DNA of 62,973 bases, counting the filler. It is 8 parts of 8 records of this genome, joined end to end, with 100 filler letters (N's around TTAATTAATTAA, not from the genome) between each part and the next. Parts side by side here need not be neighbours in the genome. Positions count along the whole stretch, not along the records: positions 38,781 to 45,098 come from SRR2962707_4117; positions 45,199 to 51,812 come from SRR2962707_4125; positions 51,913 to 57,292 come from SRR2962707_4127; 5 more parts are not named here. One strand, 5' to 3'. The position numbers and the translations under genes were made by a program. This document shows positions 42,501 through 54,275 of this stretch, one piece after another. The notes beneath the pieces are model-generated. The model was not told the DNA's origin, searched no databases, and was given only the letters and a program-made list of their open reading frames with translations. Numbering within the stretch: position 1 is the stretch's first letter; the number at the start of each line of letters is the position of its first letter.

Positions 42501-45057
42501 AATCCCACCGACCGTTGTTGACCGAATCGGCCCGATGGCTGATGTTGTCAGAGTGATCCTCGCCATTGTTAATATTCGTTGGGGCCAAAGTTTCTTCTTG
42601 ACGATCCCACAGCTTCTCGAGCTCGCGAAAAGTTGGCGAGGCAACATGCATACTTCTGGTGTATCGGCAGATTGGCAGAATATTTCAGTACACAAAGAAG
42701 TTTTGAATTTAAGGAAGTCCTCAATTTGCAATGCATCGATTGTACACGTGGAAGACAATTTTCTGCAGCAAAAGATACACTTGCCGAAAAAACACATCAT
42801 GGAGGTCAGACTTGAAAGAGTTCTTTGAACGAACATCACGAACTCGGCTACGACGCTGTTCTTGCCGGAGCAAACTCGCATGACGAAAGGCGCCTGTCAA
42901 CAGTTTACATCGCGCGACATGAGCACTGAAACCACGAATTTAGGTCAGTGTGTGTGTCATGCCAACGAAAAATCGACAATACCTTGGACGGAATAGCTGT
43001 CAAATTTGCTGCCGTCTCGCCAGGTTCCTTCAAGATGCGGCCGTTGCATTTCGGCTTTAACGAGCAACAGATTCTCAGTAATGGTTCGTTCGAGATACGC
43101 AGCACCTAAGTGAAGCAGCGACACCCCATAAAAGGCAGGCTCCCAATGGCCGCCGCCTTCTGCCTGATATGGCTTCCCTCGAACATCGTTCAATGCAGCA
43201 GCAGCCACATCGTCGCGGTGAACTAAAATTGGGCTCAAGTCGTGACCGCTTTGAAGTAGCACTTTACACAAGAGCACGTCCTGACGCGAATCATTGCGCG
43301 CAAAAAAAACGCAAACATCCAACCAGTCCTCATGTGAGCAGAAAGTTAGGCTGCAAGTTTAACGTTGGAACCACATCTGTATCACTCGGCGCACCTCTGG
43401 GCTATGATCAAAGATGTCCACAAGTAGCGTCGTATGCGAACTATTATTCCGTCCAAGAGTGGCACAGGCGATAATTGATTTCGTAGCGTCCATCCACCGC
43501 AGTTCATCCATGTAGAAACGAACAATATTGAAACGCACACATTGGGCAAGCGTTCACAAGTAAAAAACATACCCGACTGCAGTGGTGACAGTATTAATGT
43601 TCAAACCCTTGAGAAGTGCTGCCGCAAGCACGGTTCGGATCTAACGAACAGAATAGCGTTGCATAAAAGAGTTCTGTTGTGCCAAATTTAGAAACTCTGC
43701 GCTCCGCCCATTGAAAATTGACAATCGAAAGAAGACATACCTCTGAACTTGCACTTTTGCGGTACATATGCCAAAGCAAGTACGCTGCTGGAACACGAAC
43801 AAAGGACTGTTGATCCATTGTGACACAACATGAAAAAGTGAATTGAAATGTGTGCGTCGAAATCATCTTTTTGAGAAACAATGCCAATGCAATTCAAACC
43901 TGCGAACTAGGCTTGAGATCACTGGTTAGCATGCTAACATCAACGGGGACAATAACATCAAAGCCCGGCGCGCGACGTTCACGCTCAAAGTCCACATGTC
44001 CATCCAACGCCACGGCCGCAGCATGAGTTGTATTTTTCATGTTATGGCGGCTGGAAAATATTTGCAATAGATCTGACACTTCCGGCATCAAACATCCAGT
44101 TCGCGAGTACTCCTCTACGGACACAATGCCATCATTGTTGAAGTCAATCCTTTCAACCAGGAAAGCGGGCAAAACCTCACCCGGTGGTTGCTGAAATTTG
44201 GCAAACACAGCGCGCGGGAGTCCTGCTTTGTGCGTGCTACCAGGTGGCGTTTTCATCGCCTGGCGCTGGTGCTTCTGAGCTTCAGCAACCGCTTCTTCGA
44301 ACCTCTGAATCTGGCTTCGGCCTCTCCGTCCGCATTGAAGCGGTATTTCCAACGCATCGAGCGCAGACATGCAAAGAACATACAGTTTTTTTTGCAGCAG
44401 CGTGTCGTAGTCTCCAGCATGCCCATCGTTCGCACTCACAATCTTATGCATCTTCCTGAGCGATCGAGTCAACCGTCCAGCCAGTGATGTGTCCCCAATC
44501 CGGCCAGCACCAAGCCACGGCAGCGACGACAGGCCGTCTTGTGCGACTTTATTGCGAACAGTATGTTGTTGTTCAGTCGAACCTTGCCGCTGTTGTTGTT
44601 GTTGCTGCTGCTGAGAATGACGAACGACGTTCGGTCGTTGAGAGGAGTGCTGGACTGGACGCCCACGGCGACGCACTGCCTCATACCACCCCCTGTTGCT
44701 CGCCCCTTTGGAGCGTGCGCTTTCGCGTCCTCGGCTCTGCGTGTGTGCCGAAGAAGGGGCTGATGTTGTCGTCGCGTGCTGTTGTTGCGGTTGTTTTCGC
44801 TCTGCTCGCCCAATTTCTACACCACGTATGGCGTCATTGAGCTGGTTTCTTCTTTGCTGCCTCGCAACCGATGCGTACAGATGCTTCGTCGTGCGTGTGC
44901 TGCTGCTGGTGCTGCTGCTGCTTGAATTTGATGAAGTGAGTTTCCCAACGTTGGTCAATGCTCTGCACGAAACTGCGAATAGGAGGAAGAGGAGAAGAAG
45001 GAGGAACACGAACACGAGCGGGAAAGGTGCCAGTTGGCGCCTCCTCCTTGGAATCAT
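39542..45057 (-). CDS. Multi-exon secreted protein: signal peptide, EF-hand, ankyrin repeats and JmjC domain (JMJD8-like)
   Basis: Hydrophobic N-terminus; DFNNDGIVSVEE; NPLHIYA, RTPLHIAA, GMSALDYA; KPVILRGA, LGPSGAG|APAHWH, GRKDW, QREGDILLVPKHWSHATLN. Middle exons and the 3' end are uncertain, and it could be two genes. Confidence 0.65.
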
Positions 45058-45060
45058 TGT

Positions 45061-45098
45061 GATCGAGTGAGTGACTGAGTGACTGCGTGAGTGAGTGA
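45061..45098 (-). repeat. (TCAC)n-like microsatellite directly upstream of a start codon
   Basis: Minus strand TCACTCACTCACGCAGTCACTCAGTCACTCACTCGATC then ACA ATG. Confidence 0.75.
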
Positions 45099-45198
45099 NN
45101 NNNNNNNNNNNNNNNNNNNNNNNNNNNNNNNNNNNNNNNNNNTTAATTAATTAANNNNNNNNNNNNNNNNNNNNNNNNNNNNNNNNNNNNNNNNNNNN
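45099..45198. other. Artificial contig spacer
   Basis: N44-TTAATTAATTAA-N44. Confidence 0.98.
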
Positions 45199-45308
45199 TT
45201 GTTGTTGTTGTTGTTGCTTTTGTTGCTTTTGTTCTGCTCGTCTCTCGCTCTCTGTCTCTCTCGTGACGACATCCACACACACACACACACACGTGACTCA
45301 AACATAAA

Positions 45309-48300
45309 ATGGCAACAACTACAGCAACCTCGTCGTCCAATCCTTTGCCTGCAGCAGGGGCAGCAGCAGGAGGAGGAGGAGCGAGCAACTCCGACAACTC
45401 TGCTGCTGCTGCTGCTGCTGCTACCGCGACTACGACAGTGCAGCCTGCTGAGGTCGCCAGCTTTTACGTCCGGGTCCCGGCCAGCTGCTTCCCTCTGCAA
45501 GGCCGCGTGTTGCAGATCTCGCCCATTCACGGGGAGGGCAGCAGTGGCGTGTCCACCAAAGTGCCACACGTGCACGTGCTCGCGCCTCACAACCTCCGCC
45601 CCGGGCAGTCGGTAATGTCCCCGAGACCTGCCACGATCGAATCTACGGACATTCTGTCCGTGTCGCCGCTGTGGGCGGCAGCCGAGAGCGGGGATGCGGA
45701 AATGTTCGATCAGGCTCTGTCCGGCAAAGGTGCAGCCGCTGTCGAGGTGGACAACTCCGCTGGTGGTTCTCCAGTGATTGTCACTAGCTCTGCAGCAGTG
45801 GCGCTCTTGCACTTGGCCAGCAAGAAAGGCCACAAAGACGTGGTAGTTGCTCTGCTGCGCAGATTTCCACGGCTTGTCAATGTGGTTGCCGATGGATCGT
45901 CCGCCTTGCACATCGCAGCTCGCGAAGGCCACGTGCGCGTTATTCGTGCGCTGTTGAGCTACAAAGCTGACATCAACGTCGTTGACGCACACGGCAAAAC
46001 GCCCGTAGCGCTCGCGAAAACGCGCGGAATTTCCCGCCTGCTCGCAGCCAACGACTTGGAGCATGCAGCAAAGTCACACGAGATGCCAAAGCGACTTGTG
46101 GACTACTGTGTCATTCTGCGCGAAACAACTACGGCAACGTCCGTGCCAGAATCAAGTCGCCAAGATTGCAAGTCCGAGCGCCAGATTCTGTGCAGGTGGC
46201 CCGAGGAGGGTGCAGACCACCCAGACCTTCCACTCGGTGACATTCACCCGCTCCAGCTGTTGACCTTTCTGACATGCAACACGGAAGACGAAGATTGCGA
46301 AGAGGAGGAAGACGACTGGAGCACTACCGACGAGGAAGAAGACGACGACGGTGGCACCGCCAACGCGGACGCTGTTGGTGGCGGCGGACCGGGGGAACTT
46401 CAACACAAGCGGCTTTCTCGCATCGCGACGTCGTCCCCCCGACGCCGAGGTGGTGTCAAGAGGATTGACTTGAACGGAGGATCGGCACAGACCGTCGATA
46501 ATCGCAGGCGGCAGCGGACAAGGAGGAGACGCAGTGCTCGTACATCCGCGTTGACGAACGATGCGAGACGGATTTTTTGGTGCGGTCTCAGACTGGACGA
46601 CCCAGATCGGCAGATGGCTGCCATGCCGGGCGGCGGTGCCGCGAGTACCTCCTCCGAGGAAGCGAAGGAAGAATCGAACGAAACTCTGTCGCCCCAAATA
46701 TCAACGGCCGACTACGTCCTAATTATTTCGCACTGGCCTTACCTCACTCTGCTCAAGCTCGTGGCAGAGTCGTTGCGCGGAGAGTGGAACAAGCTGTTGG
46801 TTGACAATGTCAATACTATCGCTGCTGGCACCACCACCCACGATTCGATGACAGTTGCGCTACACGAGGTGGTAACAGCTACAAAGAAGCGGCTCCAAGC
46901 TTTTTGTGCCTGTGCGCTTCCGAGTCCGAGCAGTCAGGTGCAGATCACGTGGCCGGGACTCTTCCAGTACGTTGATAATGGTGCTGCCAATGAGGCATTA
47001 TGTGAACTTGAGTGCCCCTTTCTGTCACCCTATTGTGTGGCGTTTCAGCAACAACAAGCACGCCAACGTCATAAATCGGACCTCTAACTGACAACTTGTA
47101 TCCACGCCTGTGATGTTGGTTTTCTGCTGTCGACGTGCGAATGGATGGATGGGTCCTGCTAGGTACCGCATTCACCGCCCACAGGGATTGCCCGTGCTCG
47201 ATCCGTACTGCTTTGAGTGCCTTTTCTCGTGTCTGTCCATCACCAACGTAGCAAGTCTGCTCGGAGTGCTGCTGGCGGAGGACAATATCCTCTTTTGCAC
47301 GAGGCGCGTGCACCTGCTGGCACCTGCACTCGAGGCGCTCCAGTCACTTATCTTTCCGTTTCGATGGACCCAAGTATGTTTGAAATCCGCTCGTGGCACT
47401 TGATTCTGCCGACGTGGCATGTTTGTCACTGTTGTTGAACTTCAGTGCATGCGAGCCAACTTCGCCCTCAACTTATTGCTGCGCTTGGCGATAGGTCTAC
47501 GTTCCGGTTCTTCCCGCGGCCATGATTGACATGACAGACTCTCCGGTGCCATGGCTGATGGGCACGCACGTTCTGAACGTTGGTCTAATCAACACCAACC
47601 ATAATCCTGGCGAACTTCCCACTCAAATCACGATGGTGAATTTGGACGAAAACTGCATCGTGCCGCCGTCAATGGCGGACCGTGCCTACACGCAACGAAC
47701 ATCTCTTCCGCGAGGTGTGTAGGTGTCAACTGCATCGTGTCTGCTCGAAACCTACCACCAGCTGACACTTTACTTAGCTGAAGGCTCGCCACCGTTCGGC
47801 ACTTCATCCTAGGCTGTATATTTGCGTGCAACTGGTCCCCTGCCTGATGATTCCCTTATTTTTCTAGATGTAAAGAAGAAATTCTGCCGCCAGTTGCTGG
47901 CAGCTGTGTCGCTGGGTAAATTTAGTGACGAGCAGCGATCCGCTGTGGATCGCGACCGCCGGTTGCTCCGCGGTGCGTCCGTAGGAGATTTCAGCATCGC
48001 TGCGGGGAGAGCTTCGGCAAGCAAGGGCGACGCGAATCAGCGGAGCCACGAGACTGGTAGGACTCACGGTGCTGGCGGAAGTGGGTCCGCAGCTGTTGTG
48101 GGCGTGCCCGATGCGCAGCTGCGGGCTGCCGAGAGGCTGCGCGAGTATTACCTTTTTTGGAATCCACAGAAATTGGAAGACCCGACTTTCCTTTACCAAG
48201 TGCTCACAGTCAAGTACAAAGGTCGAGAAGACCAGTTGTACAAAGACCTTGCCACGATTTATGGCGCGGAGCCCATCCGGTTTCCAAGTCCTGAGCAATC

Positions 48301-49077
48301 GTCCGAGAAGATAAAGGGAGGGGATGCCAAAGAAGATGCCGAGGGCAACAACAAGGCTGTGTCTGCAACGACAACACCCTTCAAGAATGATCTTGTACGT
48401 GGCAGCAATGGGTGCATTGGCTGGTCTGTCGTGCGCGCTTGGTGACATTTTAATGTTTCGCTGGTTGCATGCATGTTTCTTGGGCGCAGCTCTCGGTGCA
48501 AACGATCAATGTGATTCGAGTTGCCGGGTTGGAGTTGATGAGGTCGCTAATAGGCGAGTTCAACGTGGAGGATCCCCGAAGCATCTCTATCGACCAATTT
48601 GCACAGGAGCAACGCTCACGCTTTTTGGCCCACATTCTTCGGTCAAGCTCGTGGCAAACCTACGCTATGCAGTGCGTTCCAAAGAATGTGTTGGCTGCCT
48701 TGTTGTACCACCCCGCGAACTGATCTCACGGGCAATGCTGAGCCCTGACTCAACCCACTTTTGGTCGGTGGACTGGCGACGTGCTGCAGGTATCTGAAAT
48801 TGGTAGACGTCTCGGAAGAGAGAGAGCAGGAGTTGGCCTGCTTTGATCGATACGTGGACGCTTGCAAGGTGTGCCATGATGGTTTTGAGCCCTGTGCTTG
48901 GTTTCCGTGCGACCTTTGGAGATGCCTGGTTAGCAACGTTTGAGTGGTGCCGTTGCCATTTGTTTATTCCTTTGTTGATATTTACGGTAGGCGGGGTTGA
49001 CAGACTGCCAAAAGCTGGACATTTTATTTGCCACGCGGCATCTCCAGGAAAACGTGGTCAGCCGCCACGAATTGTAA
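45309..49077 (+). CDS. Ankyrin-repeat + DENN domain protein (putative Rab GEF), multi-exon
   Basis: ANK: LLHLASKKGH, SALHIAAREGH, GKTPVALA. uDENN: RLVDYCVIL...ILCRWP, IISHWPY. cDENN: LFSCLS...LLAEDNILF...LIFPFRWTQ|VYVPVLP...SPVPWLMG. dDENN-like: FLAHILRSSSWQT. Confidence 0.8.
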
Positions 49078-49268
49078 TTTTTGTAGCACCCATGCCAGTT
49101 TTATTTTTGCTCCGAGCGCGAAACTGTGAACCCCAGGGACCGCGGATTGTGTCTTTCCCTCGCCTCCACCGCGTTGCCTTGACTTTTAACTTATTTTACT
49201 CGAGGATTGACGACGGTATTGCCTGGCAGTTGGCTTTTCTTGTATTCGGGTTTATATCTGTTGTGTGT

Positions 49269-50793
49269 TCACGCACGCTGGCTGTACGCAGCAAAACGCA
49301 GTTGGCGGGAGATTGCACTTCGCACCCTCCGTCGACCCCGGCGACGGTGCCGTCGAGCGCGTTGTGGGCTCCAACTTTCGGTGTCAACGCCGATTTCATC
49401 AAAGAAGACTGCGCAAGAGCTTGGAACAAGCCGAAGCTGCACCAATGTGGGAAAAAAGGAACAACGAGATTATGATGGGAGCATATTTTTCCGACCGACT
49501 CAATGACCACGACAACAAGCGGCACAAAAGTGGACGCCACAGAAGGCACGAGCAGCACGCACCGTGGGCAAGACGCTAGTTGCTGTCCCGAGCACAGACT
49601 CCAAGCTTTCTTCCTCCGCTCCAATCAGCAGTCGTCCATTGACAGAGAAGTTGTATCTGAGGCAGTATGCATGTATGTATGGATGGATGGGAGGATGTGG
49701 ACAAGCATTGAAGGCAGCATTATCGTCAGTGGAAGCGATTCGCAATTGCTGTGATGTGAATGCAGTAGCAGTCGTGCAGGGGAGGGGGGTCGAGGTCGTT
49801 GTTGGAAGCGACACACAGCACACAGCCTGTGCACCACAACACCCTTGCACACCACCACACTTGATGTAGTCTGTGCACCAGCACTGTGTGGGCGAAGCAC
49901 CCCCTCGCAAGCATTGCAAGCATTGTCGCTTGTAGGAGTGCTTGCGTGCGGTACAACCATACATGCTGACAGACAACATACAGTTCACGTTACAGACAGC
50001 AGACAACGTACGCGGACGGAGGAATCCCGTGTTGTGCGTAGAGCGACTCTTTGAGCCCTCGCAGCGTGGCCGACGCAATGTTGATTTCGAGCACGGAGGA
50101 GGTGTGGTCCATCCAGGTGAGTGCAACGCGTCGCAGTCCACGGCGCCCGGACGCAGCAGCCTCCCTCGTGCCGTTGGCAACACAGCAGTCTTTTTCTACC
50201 AGCTCATCGCAGCAAAAACTCTGTACCAAGTTCAAATGAAGGTCACGACCATTTGACGAATACTCGCACAGTAGCGCCATTTGGTCGAGAGCAAGTTCTG
50301 GGCCGCTGACCAGCAGACACTGCTGTGCTGGGGGCACCCCACTATCACGTTCTATGAATCGCCCCAACTCCGTTGGTGACTGGTTTGCTTGAATTGTATA
50401 CCAATATTTTTTCAGGGGTGGTGTTGCTGGTCTAGAGGCAACGTCACTGTTGCAACCGGTTGCTCCGGTGTCTTGACGAGTCTGCCCCTTCAGCGTGACA
50501 ATCACGCGCAGCGGACTTTGCATGTCAGGGGAGCAAATCAGGTGCAAGTGGGTATGGTGCACCCGAACACTCTGCACGCTTTGCAACGCATTATCCGAAT
50601 TTATCCACTTTCCACCGGCAACGAGGGTTTGGAACTGTGGAAGAACTCCTGTTGCATCGGCTATCTTGGCCTTCAGCTCCCAGACTGTCTCAATAGCCCC
50701 CTGAGTCTCGATTCGCACATCATTGAAAGACAACAAGCGGTGCACAATGTACACGTGGCAGTCTAACGGCGTGTCCTGGGCAGTAATCTCCAT
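49269..50793 (-). CDS. Protein with three divergent ubiquitin-like domains and an Arg-rich tail, multi-exon
   Basis: TVWELKAKIADATGVLPQFQTLVAGGK; ELGRFIERDSGVPPAQQCLL; TLRGLKESLYAQHGIPP...FSVNGRLL; last exon RARRHRRRGRRR. Exon joins are partly inferred. Confidence 0.7.
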
Positions 50794-51812
50794 CACGGCA
50801 TTCAACAAAATTCCGATTGTCACTGAGTCGTATCTGTTTTTTCTGGGACGGCTGCTGCCGCGGAGCCAGCCAGTGCGGTTTCGGCTGCTGTAACTTAATT
50901 AATTACCCGGGGTCCTCCACAAATGCAGGAGCGAAAGCTGGGAGCCCTCTCTGTCCGTCCGCTCCGTCACACCGCTGCTCAACAAGTAAGCGATCGAAAA
51001 TAAAAGCACGGGAAAAGAAGGAAGACTCTTCCAGACTCGAACGAAGGGACGAAGAAAGAGCGCTCTTGAGTGAGCGAGCGAGTGAGTGCGTGAGCCGAGC
51101 CAGCCGCTCGAACTGGACTGGCGCACGACTTGACTCAAGTTTCCAACTGCCGTCTTATCGAGGGTACTGATATTTGTCAAAAGGGTTCCACTTTACCGAC
51201 AATAGGGTGTAGAATAGCAGAATAAGAGTGCAAAAATAGTAGAGCACCCCCAACCAGACCACTTTCGCACAAAGTCGTCCCTAAGTACAGTGTGTGATAC
51301 CAGTGCAGGGTAAATACGCTTTGACTAACACTTAGTACAGTTCGTAGTGCAGTTTTGCACCCAGTTGTTTATGATAAACGTGCATAAAAACTGCCTTTCA
51401 TTTTCGCTCATGCTCAGCAATGCCAGTGAACCATAATAAGCGCCACCTTGATTTGAGTTAGTGATGTCGAAGCATTTCAAATCCTTTGGAGCGTTATCCA
51501 GCTGGGGAATTGAATGATCATGCACAGAATGTCTCGTCAATTGGGACATTCTTCAGCTCAGAAATCATGATCGTGACATGACATGGCAGCATTCCACTTC
51601 AGACATGAACGATAAGACACCATCCCAAAAAAATCCGAAATTGGCTCGTCATTGCTTGCTTGCACCCCATCTTGGAACAGCGACGCAGAACCCTGCAAGT
51701 CCTCGCGGGGACGAGCCTCGAGTTCGTTTCGTGCCACAATACGGGGGGGGGGGCGGACGAACCGGCATTGGTATTGTACATCACATTGGTATTTTAATTG
51801 ACTTTACTCATC

Positions 51813-51912
51813 NNNNNNNNNNNNNNNNNNNNNNNNNNNNNNNNNNNNNNNNNNNNTTAATTAATTAANNNNNNNNNNNNNNNNNNNNNNNNNNNNNNNN
51901 NNNNNNNNNNNN
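51813..51912. other. Artificial contig spacer
   Basis: N44-TTAATTAATTAA-N44. Confidence 0.98.
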
Positions 51913-51914
51913 AA

Positions 51915-54157
51915 CAACAACCACAACAACAGCAACAACAACGAAACATTGCGAGAAGGCGAGTAAGCTCTCGCAAACGGAGGACCCCAGAAGCTGCCCA
52001 TCAACTCGCTCAAGCGCAGGCGAGAGCGAGGGCAGAAGCAGCAGCAGCGCGGAAGCGAGCCCGCCAGGACAAGAGGGAGCTGCAGAGGCAGGCGAAGGCC
52101 ACCGCGCGAGTGCCTCCCCCTCACAACGTGCTCGACCCTGTGCCTTACGCGCTTCGCCTTCGACAGGACATTGAGGAATGGCAGTACGCGCAGTGCGGCC
52201 TCCAGCCAGAGCCGAGCTCCCCGCACTCCGTGGTGCTGCGAGCCGCCGATGTTCTGCAGGCGCACTTTGGCAGAGTTGCTGTGCACACGGGCGCCGGCAT
52301 CTCGGTTGCTGCTGGGATTCCCGACTTTAGAGGGGCTGATGGGGTGTGGACACACCGTGCAGCGAGGTTGAAACAGCGTGTGGACGCTGCACCGACGGCA
52401 CCGGCGTTGGAGCGCGTGCGTGGTTTGAAACAGGCACAATCTGACTCTGCGACGCAGGATGGGAGTGGCGACGGGGAGGGTGGTGGAGAACAAGAAGTGA
52501 ACCAACAACAGAAGCAACAAGCAGGCCGGGATGTTGGTGGCTTCTGTGGAGCACGTCCCACGCTTGCTCACAGGATCATCCAACATTGGATTGCCGTGGG
52601 ACTGGTGCGGGGAGTCGTGACTCAAAATGTGGACGGCTTTCATTCGATGCTTTCTGCAAGCGAAGGAGACATGGGTGGCCATGATAGAGCTGGTGACGTT
52701 ACCACGGGTGGGTTTTCGTCTCGCATCGCTGAGTTGCATGGCTGCCTCTACGTTGAGCGATGCAGCGGCGTATTGCCAACAGAGGGAAAGTCCCCCTGCA
52801 AATTTCGAAGGAGATTTCGGCGAACATTCGATGTTGGGACGGCAGGTTTTGCCCCGACTGGGAGGCAGTGCCCAGACTGTGGCAGCCGATTGGTTGATGT
52901 TGTGCTTGACTGGGAAAACGCGCTGCCTGAACCAGACATTACCATATGCGATCAATTGACTGCAGAATGCACCGCTTCATTGACAGTATGTTGCACATGT
53001 CGGCAGTTCTGTTTTGCCATCAAAATGTGTTTTGCCTCAATTGAATTTGGCACTCGCGTTTGTGTTTTGCATGCTGAACTCCATCTCATTCTGCTCTCTC
53101 GTCGTACCGGTATGTCTTTTGCTGCCCCAAAGGTTGGGAGCTCAATGCAAATGGTTCCTGCAAGGGATTTTGCGCTCGAAGCAAAAGCGAAAGTCCTCGT
53201 AAATCTCTCCGTACGCATTTTTCATTGTGTAGTACTTTGTTGTAGCGGAATGCAGTCGACCATGTCACTCCACGACTGACTTGTATGGCCCTGGACAGGC
53301 AACACCTTTGGATGACCGCTTTGATGTGGTCTGCAGAGGCACTGCAGACAATGTGATCATGGCTATAAATTGCATCCTTGAAGTACGCAGCGTTTTGTTT
53401 TGGTTTTTGTTAAGCTGTGATGATGTTTGAACTTCTGCCATGATGAGATTGCGAGTCATCGTTCAAACATTCCTTGACTGAGATTTGACTTTGTTCAACA
53501 TTTTAGGAACGCAAAGTTATTCCACGATATGTGCCACTGGCACTGCGACGTCCCCTACTCATCAGGTGGGGCCATGTAGACACTACCAACGCGACCAGTC
53601 ATGGTGCCTCAAGTTCACGCTCAGACTCACTCACTATGTCTCCGATTTCTGGCACGTCATGCAATGAGAGAAGAATCGCTTTTTGTATTCGAACGCCTCA
53701 CGCGCGAGAGGAAGAGCCTTCCGCATTGTTGCCATCTACAAAAAAGTCCGCGAATGCACCAGTGAAGAACAAACTTGTTGGCCGTAGCCGTGAGTACCTG
53801 GACGAGCAGTGGCTGCTTCCGCAGCGGGAAGGAACGAGATTTGACGAAGATGAAGATGAGGCTAGTTTGTGGTGTAGCTTAATTCGGCGAGTCGACCTGG
53901 CCTGGTCATCTGGGCCAGGTCAGGACTGTCAGGTCCTGCATTCGCTTTGTTGTCCTTGGCCGAAGCGTTGCCAAGTGGTTATTCCTTGCGACCCTGCTCA
54001 CAATAGTGATGCGGTGATGTGCGGCAAGAATGCCATACCAAAAGAATTTGAGGAGTCTCCAAACTTGGTGCTTCGTGTGTTTGTGTCGTCAGCAAGGGAT
54101 TGGCAAGAGTTTCGTCTGCTTGCCGGGCAAGACACACAAATAATGGTGAACATTTGA
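51915..54157 (+). CDS. Class IV sirtuin (SIRT6/SIRT7-like NAD-dependent deacylase), 5' truncated, multi-exon
   Basis: TGAGISVAAGIPDFRG.DGVWT, ARPTLAH, TQNVDG, ELHG, TGRQCPDC, VLDWE..LP, GSSMQ, VNL, TPLD; the frame is open to the contig start with a basic N-terminus. Confidence 0.88.
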
Positions 54158-54275
54158 GAAAGCACTGCACTTTCAGAGTACGCCGCTGAGACAAAACTGA
54201 ATGTGAGGCGGTCGAATTTCTCATAGTTAGTAATATTTATGGACGAGTAGCTCGGTCATCAAGCCACAAATCTGT

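Noticed and set aside
51170-51812. Lower-GC non-coding stretch, possibly a transposon remnant or ncRNA
   Set aside because: I found no terminal repeats, transposase motifs or recognisable RNA structure.
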